NCBI GenBank assembly: GCA_965227515.1
Contig: CBDDFZ010000001.1
Span: 3,168,001 to 3,232,000 of the forward strand
Source of the DNA: Alphaproteobacteria bacterium
GTDB lineage: Bacteria > Pseudomonadota > Alphaproteobacteria > CALKHQ01
Direction: 5' to 3'
Length of the DNA: 64,000 bases
This document shows positions 30,410 through 40,528 of this stretch, piece after piece. The notes below the pieces were generated by a model. It saw only the letters and a program-made list of their open reading frames with translations. It made no database searches and had not been told where the DNA came from. Position 1 is the stretch's first letter. The number at the start of each line of letters is the position of its first letter. The position numbers and the translations under genes were made by a program.

Positions 30410-31762
30410 ATGAACCTAGATAGCGACTATATTGCTCGCGGTGAGAAATCTCGCCTTTTTCCAATTCTGTCGGAAACTTCCAAAGAAGGGCGTTCGCTTT
30501 CAATATTCCTAGCTTGTTTGGCATGCGTGAATGAGTTTGGGGCCGCGTTATTAGCCGACATAGGTCAAAGGATAGGCAAGCGTACATCAATTGCAACTTA
30601 CACTGAAGTCGTATTGCGGAAAGGGGGCGAAAAATTACGTCGACCCGATGGCCTGATAACCTTGTCAACCGGTTCAAGGAAATGGACTGCTCTTGTCGAG
30701 GCCAAAGTTGGGAGCACTGAGCTTTCCTCAGAGCAGCTTGAGGATTATATTGAAATTGCAAAACTAAATCAGATTGATGCGTTGATTACCATATCGAATC
30801 AGTTTGCAGCCCTTCCAACACACCATCCTATTGCCTTATCTGCTAGTACGCGCAAAAAGGTCGACATATATCATTGGTCGTGGATGTATGTTGTTACTCA
30901 GGCCAGCCTTCTTCTGTCTGATGATAGTATAAATGATCGAGATCAGAAGATAATTTTGAAGGAAATGGTGCGTTTTCTCACCCACCCTAGCGCTGGTGTG
31001 AAGAATTTTGATCAAATGCCTGCTGTGTGGGCCGATGTTGTCAAGAAGATACAATTAGGTGGGGCGATATCGCCAAGTTCTGATGAAGCGAGAGAGGTTG
31101 TCGGGGCTTGGCATCAGGAACTGAGGGACTTAACCCTAATCCTTTCCAGACAGCTTGGTGCAGACGTCGCACTACAAATTTCTCGCGCGCATTCCTCGGA
31201 CCCTGTGGCTCGCCAAAAGGCAGGCGTTACGGAGCTTGTTGATAAACTCTGCCTAACGGCGGTCGTCATCGTTCCAGATGCGGCGTCGCCGATTGAGATA
31301 TGTGTGGACCTACAGAAGCGATCTGTCTCCGTGTCGATGAAATTGAGGGCTCCGACGGATCGAAAGAGTACTAAGGCGCGAGTAAATTGGTTGCTCAGAC
31401 AGCTTCCTGAGGATTGTGGCACAGATGTTCATGTGCGGCTTCTTTGGCCAGGCCGAGCGGCGCATACGCAGTATCCTATTAAGAATTTGCGGGATGACCC
31501 CGCTCTATCCTCAAATGAGCGAGAAAATCTCGTAGTCTTATCTTTCCAGATCGTACTTATTCGAGATTTGGGTGGCCGCTTTGGACAACGAAAGAACTTC
31601 ATTAAGGAGCTGGAAGCTGCAGTGCCTGACTTTTATGAGTCAGCAGGTCAACACCTCAAACCTTGGCAGGCCCGACCTCCGAAGTTGGCAGAGGACAAGA
31701 CGGGGCCAGAAACTGTCAACCCGGAAGCGATCTACGAAGAGGTGGAGAAGTCCGCAACCTAG
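30410..31762 (+). CDS. Low-GC protein with N-terminal PD-(D/E)xK nuclease-like domain
   Basis: TEV..RPDGLI..ALVEAK..EQLEDY..ITISN motifs; GGGAGG RBS; AT-rich codon usage. Confidence 0.8.
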   Translation: MNLDSDYIARGEKSRLFPILSETSKEGRSLSIFLACLACVNEFGAALLADIGQRIGKRTSIATYTEVVLRKGGEKLRRPDGLITLSTGSRKWTALVEAKVGSTELSSEQLEDYIEIAKLNQIDALITISNQFAALPTHHPIALSASTRKKVDIYHWSWMYVVTQASLLLSDDSINDRDQKIILKEMVRFLTHPSAGVKNFDQMPAVWADVVKKIQLGGAISPSSDEAREVVGAWHQELRDLTLILSRQLGADVALQISRAHSSDPVARQKAGVTELVDKLCLTAVVIVPDAASPIEICVDLQKRSVSVSMKLRAPTDRKSTKARVNWLLRQLPEDCGTDVHVRLLWPGRAAHTQYPIKNLRDDPALSSNERENLVVLSFQIVLIRDLGGRFGQRKNFIKELEAAVPDFYESAGQHLKPWQARPPKLAEDKTGPETVNPEAIYEEVEKSAT

Positions 31763-31777
31763 CGATGAGCCACTGAA

Positions 31778-33769
31778 TCAGATATCCAGGCTCTCGGCGT
31801 AGGCGGCGTTCTGCTGGATGAAGGCGAGCCGGCGTTCCGGCTTACGGCCCATCAGCGACTCCACCAGCGCGGCCGTGCCCTCCGGCGCCACCACCGCGTC
31901 CTCCACGACAGAAACACGCAGCAGGCTGCGGGTCGCGGGGTCCATGGTGGTCTCGCGCAATTGCTTCGGCGGCATCTCGCCCAGGCCCTTGAAGCGGCTG
32001 ATCTCGACCTTGCCGGTACCCTTAAAGTGCTTGGCGATCAGCCGGTCGCGGTCGGCCTCGTCGCGGGCATAGACGGTGTCGCCGCCACGGCTCAGCCGGT
32101 AGAGCGGCGGGATCGCGAGATAGAGGTGCCCGTCCTCGATCAGCTTCGGCATCTCGCGGAAGAAGAAGGTCATCAGCAGGGCTGCGATATGGGCGCCGTC
32201 CACATCGGCGTCGGTCATGATGATCACGCGCTCGTAGCGCAGGTCGTCGCCGCGATAGCCCGCACCGCTGCCGCAGCCGAGCGCCTGGATCAGGTCGGCC
32301 ACTTCCTGGTTCTGGCGCAGTTTCTCAGCCGAGGCGCTGGCGACGTTCAGGATCTTGCCGCGCAGGGGCAGAATCGCCTGGGTGTGGCGGTCGCGCGCCT
32401 GCTTGGCCGAACCGCCGGCGCTGTCGCCCTCGACCAGGAAGATCTCGCTGCCCGCCGCCACGTTGGAGGCGCAGTCGGCCAGCTTGCCCGGCAGGCGCAG
32501 CTTGCGCGAGGTCGCGGTCTTGCGCGCCAGTTCGCGCTGCTGGCGGCGGCGCTGGCGCTCCTCCGCACGCTCCAGGGCGTGGGCCAGCAAGGCATTGGCG
32601 GTGGCGGTGTCGCTGGCGATCCAGTGGTCGAAATGATCCTTAATCGCGGCATCGACCAGGCGCACCGCGCCCGGCATCGCCAGCCGCTCCTTGGTCTGGC
32701 CCTGGAATTGCGGGTCGCGGATGAACAGCGACAGCAGCACATGCGCCCCATCGACGATGTCCTCGGTGGCGATCTGGCCGCCGCGCTTGTTGCCGACCAG
32801 CTCGGCATAGCCGCGCAGCCCCTTGGTCAGCGCGTTGCGCAGGCCCTGCTCGTGGCTGCCGCCCTGGGGCGTCGGCACCGTGTTGCAGTAGGAGCGCAGC
32901 GCGCCGTCCTGGTCCAGCGGCCAGGCGATGGCCCATTCGACCTTGCCCTGCCCCTCGCCCAGCTCCACGGCGCCCGAGAACGGCGTGCCGGTAACCTGCT
33001 GGCGGTCGCCGAGTGTGGCGGCCAGGAAGTCCGCCAATCCGCCCGGGAAATGCAGGGTCGCTTCGGCGGGCGTGCGGCTGCCGTCGTCCAGCAGCGCCGA
33101 GTCGCAGGTCCAGCGGATCTCGACGCCCCGGTGCAGATACGCCTTGGAGCGCGCCATCTCATAGAGGCGCTGCGGCTTCAGGGACTGGGGGCCGAAGATC
33201 GCCGGGTCGGGGCGAAAGCGCACCAGCGTGCCGCGGCGGTTGTTGACCGCGCCCTTGTCCTGCAGCGGCCCGGTCGGCACGCCCTGGCGGAACGACTGGG
33301 TCCACAGACGGCGGTCCCGCGCGACCTCCATCTCCAGCTCTTCCGACAACGCATTCACCACTGAGAGGCCGACGCCGTGCAGTCCGCCCGCGGTGGCGTA
33401 GGCCTTGCCGCCGAACTTGCCGCCGGAATGCAGCGTGGTGAGGATCACCTCCAGCGCCGACTTGTCAGGGAACTTCGGATGCGGGTCGACCGGAATACCG
33501 CGCCCGTTGTCGCGCACCGTGACCGCGCCGTCGGCGGCGAGGTCGATGGCGATCCAACTGGCGTGGCCGGCCACCGCCTCGTCCATCGCGTTGTCGAGAA
33601 GCTCGGCGACCAGGTGATGCAGCGCGCGCTCGTCGGTGCCGCCGATGTACATGCCCGGCCGGCGGCGGACCGGCTCCAGCCCCTCCAGAACCTCGATGTC
33701 CTGGGCGGTGTAGTCGGTGTCCCGCGCGGTGGCGGAGCCGAACAGGTCGGCAGCTTCGGCATTGCTCAT
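31778..33769 (-). CDS. parE: DNA topoisomerase IV subunit B
   Basis: LEPVRRRPGMYIG, DNAMDEA, GGLHGVG, VEGDSAGG, MTDADVDG, RFKGLGEM; ~660 aa. Confidence 0.95.
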   Translation of the reverse strand: MSNAEAADLFGSATARDTDYTAQDIEVLEGLEPVRRRPGMYIGGTDERALHHLVAELLDNAMDEAVAGHASWIAIDLAADGAVTVRDNGRGIPVDPHPKFPDKSALEVILTTLHSGGKFGGKAYATAGGLHGVGLSVVNALSEELEMEVARDRRLWTQSFRQGVPTGPLQDKGAVNNRRGTLVRFRPDPAIFGPQSLKPQRLYEMARSKAYLHRGVEIRWTCDSALLDDGSRTPAEATLHFPGGLADFLAATLGDRQQVTGTPFSGAVELGEGQGKVEWAIAWPLDQDGALRSYCNTVPTPQGGSHEQGLRNALTKGLRGYAELVGNKRGGQIATEDIVDGAHVLLSLFIRDPQFQGQTKERLAMPGAVRLVDAAIKDHFDHWIASDTATANALLAHALERAEERQRRRQQRELARKTATSRKLRLPGKLADCASNVAAGSEIFLVEGDSAGGSAKQARDRHTQAILPLRGKILNVASASAEKLRQNQEVADLIQALGCGSGAGYRGDDLRYERVIIMTDADVDGAHIAALLMTFFFREMPKLIEDGHLYLAIPPLYRLSRGGDTVYARDEADRDRLIAKHFKGTGKVEISRFKGLGEMPPKQLRETTMDPATRSLLRVSVVEDAVVAPEGTAALVESLMGRKPERRLAFIQQNAAYAESLDI

Positions 33770-33887
33770 GGCCGCGTTATAGGCACGCGACTCACGGCGC
33801 GGCAAGCGGGGCGATGGCAGCGGCGCTGCGCCATTGATCCCGCCGGTCGGTACCGCGACAATGCGTGGAACAGTCTTGAGGAAACAT

Positions 33888-34289
33888 ATGCCGGACAAAC
33901 CGTCCCAGTCGCCCGGCGACGGCCCGCGCGGCCAGCTCGCCACCCAGACCATCGCCATGCCGGCGGACACCAACCCGTCCGGCGACATCTTCGGCGGCTG
34001 GCTGCTCAGCCAGATGGACCTGGGCGGCGCCGTGGTGGCGCGCGAGCGTGCCGGCGGCCGGATCGCCACCGTGGCCATCGACTCGATGACCTTCCGCCGC
34101 CCGGTGCATGTCGGCGACCTGGTGAGCTGCCATGCCGAGGTCATCAAGGTCGGGCGGACCTCGATCCGCGTGGCGGTGGAGGCCTGGGCAACGCGCGCCA
34201 ACGGTGTGCGCGACCTCGTCACCCAGGGCACCTATACCTATGTCGCCATCGACGAGGATCGCCAACCCCGGGTGATTGGGCCAAGGTGA
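33888..34289 (+). CDS. Hotdog-fold acyl-CoA thioesterase (YciA-like)
   Basis: AMPADTNPSGDIFGGWLLSQMD, VGRTS. Confidence 0.92.
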   Translation: MPDKPSQSPGDGPRGQLATQTIAMPADTNPSGDIFGGWLLSQMDLGGAVVARERAGGRIATVAIDSMTFRRPVHVGDLVSCHAEVIKVGRTSIRVAVEAWATRANGVRDLVTQGTYTYVAIDEDRQPRVIGPR

Positions 34290-34354
34290 TCTGCCCCGCC
34301 CCCTGCCCCTGACCCCTTCCCTGCCCACCGACAACCCTTCGAACAGGAACCGAC

Positions 34355-34657
34355 ATGATCAGACACATGGTTTGCGTGCGCTATCGCAGCGACGTGACGG
34401 ACGCACAAGTACGTGACATCCAGCAGGCGCTGGCGGCGCTGAAGGACCGCATCGGCGGCTTTCAATCCATTGAATTCATGAGTAATTTGAGCCCGGAGGG
34501 CATGGACCACGGGTTCAGCGAGGGCTTCCTGATCACCTTCGACGGCGTTGCCGCCCGCGATGCCTATCTGGCAGACAGTGAGCACGCGAAGGCCGGCGAG
34601 AAGCTGGTCGCGGCGGCAGAGGGCGGAAAGGATGGCATCTTTGTCTTCGATTTCTAA
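34355..34657 (+). CDS. Dabb (stress-responsive A/B barrel) protein
   Basis: MIRHMV..., SPE, GF.ITF...RDAYL..H. Confidence 0.88.
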   Translation: MIRHMVCVRYRSDVTDAQVRDIQQALAALKDRIGGFQSIEFMSNLSPEGMDHGFSEGFLITFDGVAARDAYLADSEHAKAGEKLVAAAEGGKDGIFVFDF

Positions 34658-35024
34658 GGCGCTGAGTGCTGTGGTCGTGGCGGCGGCGCTGGCCGTGCCG
34701 TCGTCGCTGGCCCTGGCCGGCGAAGCCGACGTGGTGGCGGTGGAAGCGCACATGACGGCACCCGGCGTCTACCGCTTCGACGTGTCGGTGCGCCATGACG
34801 ACACCGGCTGGGACCACTACGCCAACGCCTGGGAGGTGGTGGCGCCCGACGGCACCGTGCTCGGCACCCGCGAGCTGCTGCACCCGCACGAAAACGAGCA
34901 GCCCTTCACCCGCTCGCTCTCCGGCGTCGAAATCCCCGACGACATCGCCACGGTCACCGTGCGTGCCGTCGACAGCGTGCACGACCGCGGCGGCGCCGAA
35001 ATGTCGGTGGACCTGCCGCGCTAG
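34632..35024 (+). CDS. Small secreted His-motif protein
   Basis: Signal peptide; RHDDTGWDHYA, LLHPHENEQPFTRS, DSVH. Confidence 0.8.
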   Translation: MASLSSISKALSAVVVAAALAVPSSLALAGEADVVAVEAHMTAPGVYRFDVSVRHDDTGWDHYANAWEVVAPDGTVLGTRELLHPHENEQPFTRSLSGVEIPDDIATVTVRAVDSVHDRGGAEMSVDLPR

Positions 35025-35098
35025 CATCCTGGATATGCGTCAGTCGCATGGGTAATGCCGCCGCGATGTGCTACGCAGCACGCAGCGGGAGGGGCCTC

Positions 35099-36073
35099 AT
35101 GCGCATCGTATTCCACGGATTGTTCGCCACCAGCTTTGCCGACGGCATGGCCGACGTGCTGCCATCTGGCGCCGAGGTCGCTTGCCTGCCGGACGATCTC
35201 GCGTCGGATGCCGACCGCGCAACCTATGCCGCGGCCGAGGTCATCGTCTCACCGGTGTTCAAGGAGAGCTTCCCGCGCCCCGATGGGCTGAAGCTGTTCC
35301 ACATTCCCGGCGCCGGTTTCGATGGGGTGGCGTTCGATGCGCTGCCGCCGGACGCGGTGGTCTGCAACTGCTTCGGCCACGAGGATGCGATGGCCGAGTA
35401 CGTGATGGCGACGCTGCTGGCGCGCACGATACCATTCGCTGAGGCAGACCGCGACCTGCGCCAGGGCGTGTGGACCCATCGCTCCGGCCCCATCGAAACG
35501 CTGCACGGCGAACTCGGCAGCCAGACCATGGGGCTGCTCGGCTACGGCCACATCGGCAAGGCGGTGGCGGTGCGGGCTAAGGCGTTCGGCATGCAGGTGC
35601 ACGTCGCCAATCGCAGCCCGGTCGCCCCGTCGGATGTGGTGGACACGGCATTCGGCCTCGACCGTCTGGACGAGTTCCTGGGCTCGGTCGACGTGGTTGT
35701 GGTCAGCGTGCCGCTGGTGCCGGAGACCGAGGGCCTTGTCGACGCGGCCGCGCTGGCGACCATGCGGCCGAACGCCGTGCTGATCAACGTCGCGCGCGGC
35801 CCGGTGGTGGACGAGAACGCGCTCTACGCGGCGCTACGGGACAACCGGATCGGCGGCGCGATCATCGACACCTGGTATCGCTATCCCACCGCCGACACGC
35901 CGCAGCCGTTGCCGTCGACCGCCCCGCTGCACGAGCTTCCCAATATACTGATGACGCCCCATATGTCGGGATGGACACAGGGCATGCGCGCGCGGCGGCA
36001 GCGCGTTATTGCGGACAATGTTGCGCGGCGCTTCGTGGGCGAGCTGTGCATCAATCGGATCTGGCCCCGGTAG
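35099..36073 (+). CDS. D-2-hydroxyacid dehydrogenase family protein
   Basis: GYGHIG, LINVARG, TPHMSG. Confidence 0.9.
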   Translation: MRIVFHGLFATSFADGMADVLPSGAEVACLPDDLASDADRATYAAAEVIVSPVFKESFPRPDGLKLFHIPGAGFDGVAFDALPPDAVVCNCFGHEDAMAEYVMATLLARTIPFAEADRDLRQGVWTHRSGPIETLHGELGSQTMGLLGYGHIGKAVAVRAKAFGMQVHVANRSPVAPSDVVDTAFGLDRLDEFLGSVDVVVVSVPLVPETEGLVDAAALATMRPNAVLINVARGPVVDENALYAALRDNRIGGAIIDTWYRYPTADTPQPLPSTAPLHELPNILMTPHMSGWTQGMRARRQRVIADNVARRFVGELCINRIWPR

Positions 36074-36306
36074 CGCGCTTTTACGCGCTGGGGTACACCG
36101 GCGCCGCTGCTTCGGCGGCGCACTGACCATACAGGTTGTGACGCGCCTCACAGTCGTGCCGGCATGTTCGCCAATTCCGACGAATTGCGGACATTATCGC
36201 CCGATAACCAACGTCGCGGCTAGCCCCACGCACTTTGGGGGTGGCCCGTCAACATCGGTTCTTGCCGGCCCAAAACCGCGGTCGGCCTATTGCCAGGGAG
36301 CAAAAT

Positions 36307-36966
36307 ATGTCGCTAAGGATCAATAGTGTAGCGCCGGACTTTGAAGCCGAAACCACGGAAGGCCGGATCAAATTCCATGACTGGATCGGTGACGGTTGGG
36401 CGGTGTTGTTCTCGCACCCGAAGGACTTCACGCCGGTCTGCACCACCGAACTCGGTTACATGGCGCGCCTCAAACCGGAATTCGAAAAGCGCAACTGCAA
36501 GATCATCGGACTGAGCGTCGACCCGGTGGACAACCACACCAAGTGGGCGCAGGACATCGCCGACGTCATGGGGGCAGCCCCGAACTATCCGATGATCGGT
36601 GACACCGACCTGAAGGTGGCCAAGCTCTACAACATGCTGCCGGAGGAGACTGCCGGTGGATCCGAGGGCCGAACTGCTGCCGACAATGCCACCGTACGCT
36701 CGGTCTTCGTCATTGGGCCGGACAAGCAGATCAAGCTGATCCTGACCTATCCCATGAGCACGGGCCGTAACTTCGACGAGATACTGCGCGTGTTGGACAG
36801 CATGCAGCTCACCGCCAAGCACAAGGTGGCGACGCCCGTGAACTGGCGGAACGGCGAAGACGTGATCATCGTACCGGCGGTGTCGGATGACGACGCCAAG
36901 AAGGCATTTCCAAACGGCTGGGACGCCAAGAAGCCATATCTGCGTGTGGTGCCACAGCCCCGATAG
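36307..36966 (+). CDS. 1-Cys peroxiredoxin (Prx6)
   Basis: FSHPKDFTPVCTTE, YPMSTGRNFDEILR. Confidence 0.95.
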   Translation: MSLRINSVAPDFEAETTEGRIKFHDWIGDGWAVLFSHPKDFTPVCTTELGYMARLKPEFEKRNCKIIGLSVDPVDNHTKWAQDIADVMGAAPNYPMIGDTDLKVAKLYNMLPEETAGGSEGRTAADNATVRSVFVIGPDKQIKLILTYPMSTGRNFDEILRVLDSMQLTAKHKVATPVNWRNGEDVIIVPAVSDDDAKKAFPNGWDAKKPYLRVVPQPR

Positions 36967-37006
36967 GCGTTAGGGAATACCCGGTGATGGCGTCTCGTCC
37001 TGGAGC

Positions 37007-38275
37007 TCAAGACTCCGGTGCGAACACCATCACCAACCCCTCGGTCTCACGCACCGCCTCCTCGGTCGTATCCTCGTAGAGCACGATCGCATCCTCGGTC
37101 ATCGTGATGCTGACCTCGCCGTCGATGGTCATGTACCCCGTGGCAGCGATCCTGCCGTCTGGCAGGACCGTAACATCGTTGAAGTTGCTGCTCAGCGGAT
37201 GGTCGGATTCGAACCGCCAGACCACGTCTCCCGCCGCGTCGAAGCGCACGGCGAGCGCCCGCGAGCTCGCGTCGGCATCGTCCTTCAAGTAGCCGACCGC
37301 GACCGCCCCACCGTCCGGCATCGCGGCCACGGCGTCTATTATGACCGACCAGGCATCGTCGAGCGTGGCCTGGGTGGTGACCGCGCCATCGTCGTCGGTC
37401 CACAGCACGACGCCATGAAACGCCCGCACCTCCGGGTTCGGCCAGTGAAAGCCGGCCATGACCGCGCCGCCGTCGGGCAGTGCGGCCACCCCGTTCAGCC
37501 GGCCGATGAATTCGAAGGTCTGTTCCGAAACGACGGTGCCGGACCGGTCCAGGCGCACCGCCCACTGCTGCTCCAACTCCTCCGTACCGGTCCAGCCCAC
37601 CGCGAGCACGTCGCCATCCGGCAGACCCGCCACATCGCCGATGCCGGTGTCCTCCGGCCCCTGGAATTGCTGGTGCGCTCTCACGCTGCCAGACGGCGCG
37701 AACCAGATCAGGAAAGCGTCGGCGGCGAGCGAACCGCCGGGCGAGTACGGCTGGGCGAGCACGAAGTTGCCGTTCGCCGTCGTGTCCAAGGACGCCGAGA
37801 ACGAGTTCCTCGCAAGCTCGATCGTGCCCTTGTAGATGTTGGCGAGGTGGTTGGCGTCGAAGATGACGAGACCGGCGACGTAGCTGTCGCCCGGTTGCCA
37901 GCGGTCGAACGTGAGGCCGGTGATTCCGCTCGGCAAGATCGCGACGTCGGTCGACTTGGCGCGCATGCCGTCGCCGGTCAGTTGCTCGAACTTCACGACG
38001 TCGCCCTCGGGCGACAGAATCGCGTAAAGCGCGGTGAACCCGGCATCGATGATGCCGCTGCCGACAGCCACGATCCCGCCGTCCGGCCGCACGTCGATGC
38101 CGTGGAACGATTGAAGCCCGGCCATTTCGGTCAGGTACGACCATGCGATGTCAGGGGCGTCTTGGGTTTGCGCGCCTGCCGGCGCCGAGGCGACCGCCAG
38201 CCCCAGTGCAAACAGGCCGACAGCCGCCGTTCGACACCGGCTCCATCGCTCGCTCATCACTCGCTCCCTGCTCAT
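37007..38275 (-). CDS. Secreted beta-propeller-like repeat protein
   Basis: Signal peptide; repeated V..LPDG...A.G and D..G.VVW units. Confidence 0.75.
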   Translation of the reverse strand: MSRERVMSERWSRCRTAAVGLFALGLAVASAPAGAQTQDAPDIAWSYLTEMAGLQSFHGIDVRPDGGIVAVGSGIIDAGFTALYAILSPEGDVVKFEQLTGDGMRAKSTDVAILPSGITGLTFDRWQPGDSYVAGLVIFDANHLANIYKGTIELARNSFSASLDTTANGNFVLAQPYSPGGSLAADAFLIWFAPSGSVRAHQQFQGPEDTGIGDVAGLPDGDVLAVGWTGTEELEQQWAVRLDRSGTVVSEQTFEFIGRLNGVAALPDGGAVMAGFHWPNPEVRAFHGVVLWTDDDGAVTTQATLDDAWSVIIDAVAAMPDGGAVAVGYLKDDADASSRALAVRFDAAGDVVWRFESDHPLSSNFNDVTVLPDGRIAATGYMTIDGEVSITMTEDAIVLYEDTTEEAVRETEGLVMVFAPES

Positions 38276-38330
38276 GGCCGCACCTCCCGAACGCGTCGGG
38301 CACAGGGTAGATTGCCGCCAGGCAAAGAGA

Positions 38331-38360
38331 AACCCCGCCGGAGAGGCGTCCGGCGGGGTT
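38331..38360 (-). terminator. Intrinsic terminator of glnA
   Basis: CCCCGCCGGA-loop-TCCGGCGGGG followed by TTTCTCTTT on the minus strand. Confidence 0.8.
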
Positions 38361-38430
38361 CTCGTAGGCTTCCGCTGTGGGCCCTGCCAGGCAGGGCCCT
38401 TGGGGAGCGACTAGCAGGCCGTCAATACGA

Positions 38431-39840
38431 TCAGCACGAGTAGTACATCACGTACTCGATCGGATGCGGCGCGGTCTCGAAGGTCACCAGGTCCTCTTCC
38501 TTCAGCGCGATGTAGCCGTCGATCATGTCGTCGGTGAACACATCGCCCTTGGTCAGGAAGCTGCGGTCGGCGTCCAGCGCCTCCATGGCCTGGCGCAGCG
38601 ACGAGCACACCGTCGGCACGCCCTCCAGCTCTTCCGGCGGCAGGTCGTAGAGGTCCTTGTCCATCGGCTCGCCCGGATGGATCTTGTTCTGGATGCCGTC
38701 CAGGCCCGCCATCAGCATCGCCGCGAACGCCAGGTACGGGTTGCTGGCCGGATCCGGGAAGCGGACCTCGACGCGCTTGGCCTTCGGGCTGGAGCCGAAC
38801 GGAATACGGCACGACGCCGAGCGGTTGCGCGCCGAATAGGCCAGCAGGATCGGCGCCTCGAAGCCCGGCACCAGGCGCTTGTAGCTGTTGGTGGTGGAGT
38901 TGGTGAACGCGTTGATGGCGCGCGCGTGCTTGATGATGCCGCCGATGTAGTAGAGCGCGGTCTCCGACAGGTCGGCGTACTGCGAGCCGGCGAAGGTCGG
39001 ATCGCCGCCCTTCCAGATCGACTGGTGCACGTGCATGCCGCTGCCGTTGTCGCCGAACACCGGCTTCGGCATGAAGGTCGCGGTCTTGCCGTAGGCATGG
39101 GCCACATTGGCCACGCAGTACTTGTAGATCTGCAGCTCGTCGGCACCCTTCAGCAGGGTGTTGAAGCCGCAGCCAAGTTCGTGCTGCGACGGCGCCACCT
39201 CGTGGTGGTGCTTCTCGATGGTCAGGCCCATCTCGCCCATGGTCGACAGCATCTCGGCGCGCAGGTCGACGCCGCTGTCCACCGGCGGCACCGGGAAATA
39301 GCCGCCCTTGGGCCGCGGCCGGTGGCCGTGGTTGCCTTCCTCGAAGCGCTTGGCGCTGACGTAGGGGCCTTCCTCGCTGTCGATCTCGAAGCCCGAGCGG
39401 TTCATGGTCACTTCGTAGCGCACGTCGTCGAACACGAAGAACTCGGCCTCGGGGCCGAAGTACGCGGTGTCGCCGATGCCGGTCTGGGCCAGATAGGCTT
39501 CCGCCTTCTTCGCCACGCCGCGCGGGTCGCGCTCATAGGGCTGGCCGGTCAGCGGCTCCAACACGTCGCAAAACAGGATCAGGGACGTCTGCGCCGCGAA
39601 CGGATCGATGACCGCGGTCGACAGGTCCGGCATCAGGTTCATGTCGGATTCGTTGATCGCCTTCCAGCCGGCAATCGACGAGCCATCGAACATGATGCCG
39701 TCGGTCAGCAAGTCGGCGTCGACGCTGTCGACGTACTGCGCCGTGTGTTGCCATTTGCCGCGCGGATCGGTGAAACGGAAGTCAACGTACTTGACCTCGT
39801 TCTCCTCGATCATCTTCATTACTGTATCGGCATCCGACAT
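38431..39840 (-). CDS. glnA: Glutamine synthetase type I
   Basis: [39 protein letters not shown] adenylylation region. Confidence 0.98.
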   Translation of the reverse strand: MSDADTVMKMIEENEVKYVDFRFTDPRGKWQHTAQYVDSVDADLLTDGIMFDGSSIAGWKAINESDMNLMPDLSTAVIDPFAAQTSLILFCDVLEPLTGQPYERDPRGVAKKAEAYLAQTGIGDTAYFGPEAEFFVFDDVRYEVTMNRSGFEIDSEEGPYVSAKRFEEGNHGHRPRPKGGYFPVPPVDSGVDLRAEMLSTMGEMGLTIEKHHHEVAPSQHELGCGFNTLLKGADELQIYKYCVANVAHAYGKTATFMPKPVFGDNGSGMHVHQSIWKGGDPTFAGSQYADLSETALYYIGGIIKHARAINAFTNSTTNSYKRLVPGFEAPILLAYSARNRSASCRIPFGSSPKAKRVEVRFPDPASNPYLAFAAMLMAGLDGIQNKIHPGEPMDKDLYDLPPEELEGVPTVCSSLRQAMEALDADRSFLTKGDVFTDDMIDGYIALKEEDLVTFETAPHPIEYVMYYSC

Positions 39841-39930
39841 CTTATGTGTTCCCCTCTCCGTTGAATGGGTCAGTGGCTCCGGTCAAACCGGAATGCCTTG
39901 GGTCTTGTGGCTGGGTGAATTGGCAGACGG

Positions 39931-40320
<390 letters not shown>

Positions 40321-40400
40321 TCAGGCGTCGGCCAGGCACGCGCAGCGAACTCAGGCACAGCCGCAGTGTCGCATGTCGTTTCGAACCAGCGCCGTCACGA

Positions 40401-40417
40401 AGCATGCTCCGTGCCAA
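40401..40417 (-). promoter_or_regulatory. Sigma54 (-24/-12) promoter of glnB-glnA
   Basis: TTGGCACGGAGCATGCT = GG-N10-GC. Confidence 0.8.
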
Positions 40418-40468
40418 CATTGGCCGGGAATTGCCCGGCACGCGAAACCCGCGCCAATTGCCGCCGAA

Positions 40469-40525
40469 TGCCCGCGCTTTCGGCTAAGCATGCCTTCTAA
40501 ACGATCAATCGCCCAAAAAATAGGC
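40469..40525. promoter_or_regulatory. Putative NtrC-binding sites
   Basis: GCC-N9-GGC boxes at 40510-40525 (AT-rich spacer) and 40469-40484, upstream of the sigma54 site. Confidence 0.5.
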
Positions 40526-40528
40526 ACA

